Below, one piece after another: positions 36,063-43,975 of a stretch of DNA of 64,000 nt. The notes under the pieces were generated by a model. The model searched no databases. It was not told the origin of the DNA and saw only the letters and a list, made by a program, of their open reading frames with translations. Position 1 is the stretch's first letter, and each line of letters opens with the position of its first letter. Made by a program: the position numbers and the translations under genes. The stretch comes from Planctomycetota bacterium (GTDB taxonomy: Bacteria; Planctomycetota; UBA8742; UBA2392): positions 61,017 to 125,016 of the forward strand of contig JAHBYA010000006.1 in assembly GCA_019636195.1 (NCBI GenBank). The letters run 5' to 3'.

Positions 36063-37268
36063 ATGGGTCCGATTCCGACCAACCCTGATCGTCGTCGCTT
36101 CCTGGCGGGCACCGCAGCCGCCAGCCTGCTTGTCGCCTGCGGTAAACCCGCCGAAAACGCGCCCGCGAACCGGGGCGAGCCTGAGCCCCCAAAGCCGCGC
36201 GAGTTCAAACGCGGCAACCTGGGCACCGTGATCGGCGGCGGCGTCGCCGTAACCGATGCCGGCAAGGCCTGGTTCGTCGGCATCGTCAACCTTGACGCTG
36301 AAAGACCCACGGCCGCGACCATCGACGACATCGGCTTTCTGGGCCACGGCTTCACGCCCAACCCGGTAAAGCCGGAAACTGCCGTCGTCTGCGAAAAGCA
36401 CGGCCCCGGCTGCTGCGAAATCGACCTGGTCAAGCGCCGCGTGCTGCGCCGCATCAAGACCACCGCCGGCCGACAGTTCTATGGCCACGGGGCATTCTCG
36501 CCCGACGCAAAACTGTTCTATTGCACCGAAGCTGAAACCGGAAACTACAGCTACAAAGGCGTACTGGCTGTGCGTGACGGCGCCAGCTTTGAGTTGCGCA
36601 GCGAGAGTTTCCCGACCCATGGCGTGGCGCCACACGACTGCATTCTTGTGGACAACGGCGAAACGCTGGTGATCACCAACGGCGGCGGCCCGGTCGACAA
36701 GCCGGACGAGCCCGCCAGCGTGGCCTATGTCGATGTGAAGTCCGGCAACGCCCGCCGCGTGCTGAAGTTCCGCGACGACAAGATCAACGCCGGGCACATC
36801 GCCATCACCGGCAAGGGCGAGCTGGTGTGCGTGTCAGCCCCCCGCGACGGCATTGAACAGAAGATCAAGGGCGAACCCAACCCCGACTGGGTCGGCGCGA
36901 TCACGTTCTATGACCCCGCGACCGACAAGCTGACCACCGCCGAGGACCCGATCCGCGAAAAGATGAAAGGCGAAACGCTCAGCGTTGCGATCCATGAACC
37001 CAGCATGATCGTGGCGGCGACGAATCCCGCGGGCAACTTGCTCACGTTCTGGGATTTCAAGACCGGCAAGCTGGTGCACAGCATTGAGGGCGAGTTCAAG
37101 TCGCCGCGCGGCGTAAGCCTGACGCTCGACGGCAACTACTTCGCGGTCACCTATGACCAGGAGACGCACCTGGCGTTGATTGACGCGCAGACCTTCAAGG
37201 TGATTGAGCAAAGCAAGGTTGACAGAACCTTCATCTCGGGCAGCCACAACATCGTCTATAAGCTGTAG
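36063..37268 (+). CDS. Tat-signal lipoprotein, beta-propeller-like (copy 2, paralogue of 33645-34871)
   Basis: RRRFL Tat motif. Lipobox LVAC. Shared motifs YGHGAFSPD, PHDC, ITNGGGP and C-terminal ...GSH.I.Y.L. Confidence 0.6.
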   Translation: MGPIPTNPDRRRFLAGTAAASLLVACGKPAENAPANRGEPEPPKPREFKRGNLGTVIGGGVAVTDAGKAWFVGIVNLDAERPTAATIDDIGFLGHGFTPNPVKPETAVVCEKHGPGCCEIDLVKRRVLRRIKTTAGRQFYGHGAFSPDAKLFYCTEAETGNYSYKGVLAVRDGASFELRSESFPTHGVAPHDCILVDNGETLVITNGGGPVDKPDEPASVAYVDVKSGNARRVLKFRDDKINAGHIAITGKGELVCVSAPRDGIEQKIKGEPNPDWVGAITFYDPATDKLTTAEDPIREKMKGETLSVAIHEPSMIVAATNPAGNLLTFWDFKTGKLVHSIEGEFKSPRGVSLTLDGNYFAVTYDQETHLALIDAQTFKVIEQSKVDRTFISGSHNIVYKL

Positions 37269-37300
37269 GGTTCGGAGTGCCGGGTAGCAGTTCGTCGTTG

Positions 37301-37356
37301 GAAACCCGGAACCCGGAACCCGGAACTCAGAACTCGGAACTCAGAAGCCGGAACTC
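37301..37356. repeat. Eight tandem copies of heptamer GGAACYC (GGAACCC/GGAACTC/AGAACTC/AGAAGCC variants)
   Basis: Read directly from the sequence. Intergenic, 50-100 bp upstream of the coiled-coil gene. Confidence 0.8.
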
Positions 37357-37404
37357 ACCACCGCTCTCGTTTCCATCCTGCGCTGCCTTTGCTAAAACAG
37401 CCGC

Positions 37405-39672
37405 ATGGCCCGCAACAAGCCTGAGCCCGTCGATGAAGGCGCCATCCTGCGCGAGATTGCCACGCGCAAGATTGAAGCCGAGCGCCTGCGCGTGCAGCAG
37501 CTCGCCGCCGAGAACGAAAAACTGCGCGCCATCGCCGCCGACCTTCAAAAAAAGATCAGCGTCGCCAACGCCCGCACAGCCGAGCTGGAAAAGAAACTGA
37601 AGTTCGGCCTGACCGACGCGGAAAAGCAGTTCCAGCAGGATCTGAAAGGCGAGCGCGAAAGCCTGTCGTCCGAGATCAAGGATCTCAAAGAGCGCCACGC
37701 CATCGAGATCCAGCGCGAACGTGACCGCTGGGAAAAGCGCCTCACCGACATGGAGGCCCGCCACGCCAAAGACGTCGAACGCCTGCAAGCCAAGGGCGAG
37801 CGCGAAATCCAGAAGGTGCAGGGCACAGCCGAAACCATCGAGCAGCGCCTGACCGACCTGCAGGAATCGCTCGACAATGAACGCAAGGCCCGGCAGGAAG
37901 CCGAGGCCCGCCTGCGCGGCCTTGACCAGACCGCCAAGCGCATCGGCGTGCGCACCGGCCAGGTGACGGGCTTTGAAGCCGAAACACCCGAAGAACTGCT
38001 GGAAGTGCTGAGCGAAGTCGATGGCGAAGCGCCGCTGAAGTTGCTGCGCACCAGCGTGCGCGACCTGCGCGCCGCCGCCGCCAGCGTCGAGCGCGCCTTT
38101 GCCCGCGCCGTAAAGTCGGAAGACCAGAAGGGCGAGCTGCACGACGCCGGCGTAGCCTTTGCCGAGGCGCGCGCATTGCCCGAAACTGAAAGCATCCCGC
38201 CCGCCAGCGCCATGCTGATCGAGGAAGCCTTCAACATGATCAGCGAAGAAGTGGCTGAGCGCATCAAGGGCCGCCACTACTCGGCACTGATCAGCGCCAT
38301 GGCCAACGAGCTGGTGCGCGTGCTGCGCAACCAGCGCGAAGGCATGGACAAGATGCAGCGGCTGGTCGAAATTGCCGAAGGCACCGAGCTCGCCACCAGC
38401 GCGCGTCTGCTGCTCAAGGGCGCGACCAACCACCAGCAGGAAGTCGCGGCCGCCAAGCTGCTGCAGGACGAGCTCAAGCAGGTGCAGGCCCAGGCCCGCG
38501 AAGAAAAGGGCAAGGTCAAGAAGCTGTACGCCAGCGCCGAAAGCGGCATGGCCGGCGAGTGGGCGCTCAATGCCATGCAGGCAATCGCAAGCCTGCAACC
38601 GCTGCCCGCCCCCGACCGCGAAGCGATCAAGCGCCCGCTGTACAACCGTGTCGTCGAAAGCGCCAAGCTGGTGCAGCAGCGCATTGACGCCGCCATCAAC
38701 CTGGGCGCCGAAGCCGAGGCCGCCCTGCGCGAAGCCGACGAGGCTTTCTCCGGGCTGGAAGGCGTGATGGCCAACATGAGTGAAGTAGTGATGGCCGCCC
38801 GCCGCCAGCTCATGAGCAAGGTCGAGGGCGAACAGGACGCGCGCCTCAAGCTTGAGGCCGCGGCCCGCGCCCTCAGCGAAGTCGGCAAGCGCGGCCTGCG
38901 CGCGGTCGGCATTTTCAACGACGCTTTCAAGTCCGTTGAAATGCTGCTGACCCAGTGGAAAGCCACCTACAAGGCCTACACCGGCCTTGCCCGCGACATG
39001 GACCGCATCGAGGGCAGCATCGAAGGCGCCATGCTCGATATCAACCAGCCGCTGGAATCAGAACAAGGCAAGAAGCTGTACGCAATTATCCACGACCTGA
39101 GCGCGCACCTGCCTGAGTTCCGCAGTCTCCAGATTCTGCGCCAGCGCCTGTTCTTTCACCTCGAAAACGCCAAGCAGCGCCTGCCTGAGCTCAAGGCTGT
39201 GCGCGACACCGCCCACCGCATCATGCGCGCCGTCGGCGAGCCCGACCACCACGACCACGTGCGCCAGTACCAGCTTGCCATGGCGCGCCTGTACGACACC
39301 TGGGCCTACCTTGAAGAAGTGCGCGGCGGCACCCACAGCCAGCTGGCCGTCGCCGCCGAGCAGATTGAGCCCCTGATCTCGGAAACGCTGCTCTGGCTCA
39401 GCAGCACCAACATTGACCAGGTCAGCGACAGCGAGCGCGATGAGGCCATGTACACGGCCGCATACGTCCGCAGGCTCAAGCGCCACGTGCTGGGCATTCA
39501 CGACCTCGCGCAGCAAAGCCGCGGCAGCGGCACCGAACTGACGGCGCAGTTCGAGCATCGCCTTGACCACATGCAGTACCCGCCGGACTGGGCCCACGTG
39601 CTGCACCGCCTGAAAAAGCAGGGCGGCCCGCAACACGACGATGCGGTCCACCCCACCGAACGCGAACGCTAG
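37405..39672 (+). CDS. Large cytoplasmic coiled-coil protein (755 aa), function unknown
   Basis: No signal peptide. N-terminal approximately 200 aa of heptad-rich E/K/R/L-rich sequence. Clean coding composition. No Walker motifs. Confidence 0.6.
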   Translation: MARNKPEPVDEGAILREIATRKIEAERLRVQQLAAENEKLRAIAADLQKKISVANARTAELEKKLKFGLTDAEKQFQQDLKGERESLSSEIKDLKERHAIEIQRERDRWEKRLTDMEARHAKDVERLQAKGEREIQKVQGTAETIEQRLTDLQESLDNERKARQEAEARLRGLDQTAKRIGVRTGQVTGFEAETPEELLEVLSEVDGEAPLKLLRTSVRDLRAAAASVERAFARAVKSEDQKGELHDAGVAFAEARALPETESIPPASAMLIEEAFNMISEEVAERIKGRHYSALISAMANELVRVLRNQREGMDKMQRLVEIAEGTELATSARLLLKGATNHQQEVAAAKLLQDELKQVQAQAREEKGKVKKLYASAESGMAGEWALNAMQAIASLQPLPAPDREAIKRPLYNRVVESAKLVQQRIDAAINLGAEAEAALREADEAFSGLEGVMANMSEVVMAARRQLMSKVEGEQDARLKLEAAARALSEVGKRGLRAVGIFNDAFKSVEMLLTQWKATYKAYTGLARDMDRIEGSIEGAMLDINQPLESEQGKKLYAIIHDLSAHLPEFRSLQILRQRLFFHLENAKQRLPELKAVRDTAHRIMRAVGEPDHHDHVRQYQLAMARLYDTWAYLEEVRGGTHSQLAVAAEQIEPLISETLLWLSSTNIDQVSDSERDEAMYTAAYVRRLKRHVLGIHDLAQQSRGSGTELTAQFEHRLDHMQYPPDWAHVLHRLKKQGGPQHDDAVHPTERER

Positions 39673-39747
39673 GGCTTCTGCGGATTGTAACGAAGCATTG
39701 CAAGGCCCGCCGCGAGCAGTAGCCGCAACTGACAGTCCGAAAGTGCA

Positions 39748-41067
39748 CTAGAGCGGCGGGCCGACGTTTCTCCATCTGGCAAGCAACAGCAGCAGGCCGG
39801 CTGCGATCAGGATGCCGCCGACCGCAAAGGGCCACTGCGGGCCCGCAGCGTCGTACACCGCGCCCGCGGTCACCGGGCCGATGATCCTGCCCAGTGTGGC
39901 TGCGCTGGCGGCCACGCCCATCATGCCGCCCTGCTCGTCGGCGCGGGTGTGCGAGCTGATAATCGCCAGCACGCTCGGGTTGCACAGCGCGTTGAACAAT
40001 CCGATGCCGATCGCCAGCAGCACCAGCCAAACCATCGCATTCAGCCCCGGGTTCAGCTCAACCTGAAAGCCGAACAGCAGCATCATCACCATCAGCCCCG
40101 CCAACCCGGTCGCGAGCACAACGCGGCTGCCCAGCGCCCTGGTCAAGCGCCCGATCAAGCCGCCCTGCACAAACGCCAGCGTCAAGCCCACCGCAACAAA
40201 CACCCACGCGTTGGCGCTGGCTTCGATGCGCAGGTGATCCACGTTGAATTGGCTGAACATGGCCTCAAGGTTCGCAAAGCCAAGCGTGACCACGAAATAC
40301 ACCAACAGCATCGGCCCGATGCCGGGGCGCTTCAGGCTGCGCACCAGCGCGCCGAGCTTGCCCTCGCGCGGCGGCAGGCTGGCGCGCTGCTCGGCTGACA
40401 ACGACTCGCGCATCACGGTCAGCGTCAGCGTAAACGCCAGCAGGCTCAGGCATGCCGCGAACAGGCTTGGCACAGCCAGTTGCGCGCGCTGAAAACTGCG
40501 CAGGTCTGCCCCCGGCGAGAAACCGAGCACGCCCAGAAACGGCTCGCTGACCAGCAAACCGCCGATCGCCGGCCCGAACACAAAGCCGAGCCCGAACGCC
40601 ATGCCGATCAAGCCCATGCCCTTGGCGCGTCGCTCGGCGGGAAAAGTGTCGGCCATGTAGGCCTGCGCCGTGCTGAGGTTCGCGGCGCACACGCCGGCCA
40701 GCGCCCGCGAAAGCAGCAGCACCGTGAAGTTGGGCGCGAACGCGAACAGCACCCACGTCAGCGCAAACCCGGCTGTGCTCATGGCCAGAATCGGCCGGCG
40801 GCCCACACGGTCAGACAACCGGCCCCAGATCGGCGCGAACACAAACTGGCACAGGCTGTAACTGGTCAGGATCAACCCCACCAGCACGCCGCCGCGCGTC
40901 TGCAGCCCCAGCGCGCGCGCAGGCGCATCGGCCCACGCGGGCACTTCAAACACCGCCACAAAGTAAGCCAGGCTGGGCAGCACGATGCCGAAGCCCAGCA
41001 GGTCAATGAAGATGATCAGCCAGACGGTGAAGACGCCGCGCCGCTGCTGAGGGGTAAGTGCTGCCAT
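39748..41067 (-). CDS. MFS transporter (drug/H+ antiporter-like)
   Basis: MFS signature GRLSDRVGRRP between TM2 and TM3. 12 TM helices. Confidence 0.85.
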   Translation of the reverse strand: MAALTPQQRRGVFTVWLIIFIDLLGFGIVLPSLAYFVAVFEVPAWADAPARALGLQTRGGVLVGLILTSYSLCQFVFAPIWGRLSDRVGRRPILAMSTAGFALTWVLFAFAPNFTVLLLSRALAGVCAANLSTAQAYMADTFPAERRAKGMGLIGMAFGLGFVFGPAIGGLLVSEPFLGVLGFSPGADLRSFQRAQLAVPSLFAACLSLLAFTLTLTVMRESLSAEQRASLPPREGKLGALVRSLKRPGIGPMLLVYFVVTLGFANLEAMFSQFNVDHLRIEASANAWVFVAVGLTLAFVQGGLIGRLTRALGSRVVLATGLAGLMVMMLLFGFQVELNPGLNAMVWLVLLAIGIGLFNALCNPSVLAIISSHTRADEQGGMMGVAASAATLGRIIGPVTAGAVYDAAGPQWPFAVGGILIAAGLLLLLARWRNVGPPL

Positions 41068-41219
41068 GGCGGGATGCTACGCAAATCAGCGCTTAGGAAC
41101 AATTTAGGGAGTCTTTAGCGATCCCTAAAGGTGTGTCGCTGCCCCGCGGCTGGTATCAAGTGCACAGTGGCAGAGGGTGGCCTTTCTAGGCAAGATATGC
41201 GCTTTCAACGGGGGCAGAT

Positions 41220-42146
41220 ATGGCAGACAAGAAGAAGATGGGCCTGGTGAAGAAGCTGGTGCTCTTCACGTTCGGCGGCGGCTTTCTGCTGGTGGTTGGC
41301 GGCTACGGCTATGTGTCGTTCGCTTACTCCAGCGAGATCAGCAAGGAATTCGACCAGCCGGTGAGGGCGCTGGAAATCTCGGACAGCAAGGCGACGATCG
41401 AGCGCGGCAAGTACCTGGTTGAAAGCGTGCTGGGCTGCGGCCACAGCGAGTGCCACCGCGCCGATTTCGGCGGCGGCCACGTGATCAATGAGGCGCCGAT
41501 GGGCCTGATCTACGCGCCGAACCTTACACCCGGCAAGGGCAGCGTGACCTCCGAGTACACGGGCGAAGACTGGGCGCGCATCATTCGCCACGGCATCAAA
41601 AAGAACAAAAAGCGCGCCGTGATCATGCCCAGCGAAGACTACTACCAGTTTTCTGACGCCGACCTTGGCGCAGCGGTCAGCTACATCAAGAGTTTCCCGG
41701 CGGTTGATCGCGAAACGCCGGCGCACGACCCGGGCTTCCTGTTCCGGGCGTTGCTGGCGACCGGCGCAATCCCGTTCGCGCATGACAAGATCGACCACAG
41801 CCACAAGCCCGCTGACGTAAAGCCGGGCCCGACGGTTGAGTGGGGCAAGGTCATGGCGGGCACGTGCAGCGGCTGTCACGGGCAGGGTTTCTCGGGCGGC
41901 AAGGTACCGGGCGGTGACCCGAAGTGGCCCGAGGCGCGCAACATCACGCCGGACGAAGCCACGGGCATCGGCAAGTGGAAGTTCGAGGACTTCGACAAGG
42001 CAATCCGCACCGGCGAACGCCCGGACGGCACCAAGCTGGACAAAGTCATGCCCTACGAGCTGTACAAGGGCATGAGCGAGGACGACGTGCGGGCCCTGTG
42101 GGAGTACCTGCGCACCGTGCCGGCCAAGCCAGCCGGCGGCCGCTAG
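41220..42146 (+). CDS. Membrane-anchored c-type cytochrome (one CxxCH plus one CX4CH-like site)
   Basis: N-terminal TM anchor. CSGCH haem-binding motif and CGHSECH. Followed by a strong rho-independent terminator. Confidence 0.6.
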   Translation: MADKKKMGLVKKLVLFTFGGGFLLVVGGYGYVSFAYSSEISKEFDQPVRALEISDSKATIERGKYLVESVLGCGHSECHRADFGGGHVINEAPMGLIYAPNLTPGKGSVTSEYTGEDWARIIRHGIKKNKKRAVIMPSEDYYQFSDADLGAAVSYIKSFPAVDRETPAHDPGFLFRALLATGAIPFAHDKIDHSHKPADVKPGPTVEWGKVMAGTCSGCHGQGFSGGKVPGGDPKWPEARNITPDEATGIGKWKFEDFDKAIRTGERPDGTKLDKVMPYELYKGMSEDDVRALWEYLRTVPAKPAGGR

Positions 42147-42163
42147 AACAGAACCAGCCAAAA

Positions 42164-42189
42164 GCCCCGGCCACGCGCCGGGGCTTTTT
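42164..42189 (+). terminator. Rho-independent terminator after the cytochrome c gene
   Basis: GCCCCGGC-cacgc-GCCGGGGC followed by TTTTT. Confidence 0.75.
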
Positions 42190-42225
42190 GTCGAAGTGAG
42201 GCGCGCCGGGCGCTAGACTGTCGCC

Positions 42226-43902
42226 ATGCGAAAACTGTTGGCAATCACAGCGCTGGCCCTGCTGGCAGGCATCACGTTGGGCGAAGACGAAAAGCCGCAC
42301 ACGCCCGACTACGGCAAAGACCTTCCGCGCAAGCTCTTTGCGCTGGAATTGGACTTGGTGGACGCCGCCAACCAAGTGGCGATTCTGGATCACCATGCAG
42401 ATAGTGAGCGAGTGCTCGCGCGTGTCGTCCGCGTTGACGGCAAGCACAGGTGGGAAGTGCCCTGTCACGTTGACAAGCACGCCGCCCGCGTCATTGGCGG
42501 TGCGCCGGGTGTGGCGGGACTTGAAAGCGGCACCTACCTCGTGACCGTCGTGGCCGGCCACTACGGCAAGGCCGAAATCGAGGTCAAGCTTGCCGGAAAG
42601 GCTGTGCTGCGCAAACTGAAGCTGCCGAACGCGCGACGGCTGGTGTGCGTGAAGTTCGTTGACGAGAACAAGGCCGCAATGGAGCTGGCGCCGTCGGCCC
42701 CGAGGTTCGAGGCTGACGTGCCCTCGTTGGGCGCAACAAAGTCGGTGCTGCCGGACCCGGTGCTTCGCCTGCCGCCGGCTGTAAAGTCTGGCGGCAGTGG
42801 CGGATTTGCATATCGGAAGGCGCGAGGCGGAGGCGGCTACCCGCGAGGCTTGGTCAAAACCGATGAGGGTCGATGCTGGGTGGTAGCGTTTGAAGGCGGC
42901 AACGGCGTGATTCGCATAAGCACGGGTAAGGACTTGTTCAAGGAAGAGCAAGTCGAGATCAAGCAGCCATTCAACCCGCAGGCAACCGAAGTCAAGTTGA
43001 CGCCTACCCAGGAGTGGCATGACCTGTTGGCAGGTGAATACCATGTTCGGAACGAGAACGATCCCGGTTACCGCGAAGCCAGCAAGGCGGCTCCCCCGGC
43101 AAAAGATCCCCAGCCGCGACAAACGGTCAAGTTTGAGTTGACACCCACCGTGCTTGCCTGGGCGCGCTATGGGTCGTTGATCAACAGCGACAACGCCAGC
43201 GCCGAGGGCAAGTACACACCCGGCAAGATCAGCCGGATCGAGCCGCTGGGGAGAGTCAACGGCGCAAGACTGCAAGCCCGTGAGCACGGCGCTGACCCGG
43301 GTTATGCGCTTGACCCGGAGGCTCGCGCACGGCGCATGCGCGCCGAAAGGCAAGGCTTGCCGCGGATGACCGTGGCCTGCTACGAGTCCGGCGCGTGCGT
43401 AGGACTTTTTTTCAGGGTAGTCGGGCGGGATGGCAGCCCGGTGCGCTTTGCCGAGGCGACGGTGCACACCCTTCAGGAAGACCGGGTTGCCCAAACGCTT
43501 CTGGCCATCGAGCGCAAGCTGCACGATGCAGGCAAACGGCCGGCTCCTGCCGACACCCTTTCCGCTGACGCACAGGATGACATGCGCAGTGCGTTCACCC
43601 ATGACGATGAGGGCTTCATTGAAAGGGCGCTGGGACGCGAAGTCTTTGAGGCGTTGCAGAACAAAGAGAACCGGCTGCACTACGGCCTGTACGGCGCGTG
43701 GTACAACAGCCACTGGCGGCTTGATGCCGACGAGGACGGCTTCGTGATTACCCAGATGCACCAGCTTGAAAAGGACAAGACCTACGTCCTGTATGTCTGG
43801 GGCGACTCTCGCGATGACTTGAAGCCCGACCTCAGGATCCTCGTGCGCGGCCAGGGCGACTGCACCGACCTTGGCGTGATCCGCCTGCCTGAGCGCAAGT
43901 AA
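42226..43902 (+). CDS. Secreted hypothetical protein
   Basis: Signal peptide MRKLLAITALALLAGITLG. Coding-like composition. No recognised motifs. Confidence 0.5.
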   Translation: MRKLLAITALALLAGITLGEDEKPHTPDYGKDLPRKLFALELDLVDAANQVAILDHHADSERVLARVVRVDGKHRWEVPCHVDKHAARVIGGAPGVAGLESGTYLVTVVAGHYGKAEIEVKLAGKAVLRKLKLPNARRLVCVKFVDENKAAMELAPSAPRFEADVPSLGATKSVLPDPVLRLPPAVKSGGSGGFAYRKARGGGGYPRGLVKTDEGRCWVVAFEGGNGVIRISTGKDLFKEEQVEIKQPFNPQATEVKLTPTQEWHDLLAGEYHVRNENDPGYREASKAAPPAKDPQPRQTVKFELTPTVLAWARYGSLINSDNASAEGKYTPGKISRIEPLGRVNGARLQAREHGADPGYALDPEARARRMRAERQGLPRMTVACYESGACVGLFFRVVGRDGSPVRFAEATVHTLQEDRVAQTLLAIERKLHDAGKRPAPADTLSADAQDDMRSAFTHDDEGFIERALGREVFEALQNKENRLHYGLYGAWYNSHWRLDADEDGFVITQMHQLEKDKTYVLYVWGDSRDDLKPDLRILVRGQGDCTDLGVIRLPERK

Positions 43903-43975
43903 GCCTCGCGGCGATTGTGTCCTTGCCTGCTCGAAACCACTTGCGGCGGGCGCGGGTTTGCGCCATGTTTTGCGC

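Noticed and set aside
37301-37356. Heptamer array considered as a CRISPR array or minisatellite
   Set aside because: Repeats are only 7 nt, contiguous with no spacers, and no cas genes are present. It is classed as a simple tandem repeat in a promoter region.
39704-39763. Long-range inverted repeat GGCCCGCCGC ... GCGGCGGGCC (arms about 40 nt apart) between the coiled-coil gene and the convergent MFS gene
   Set aside because: It may act as a terminator-like structure, but it overlaps the MFS 3' end and lacks a U-tract, so it is too ambiguous to call.
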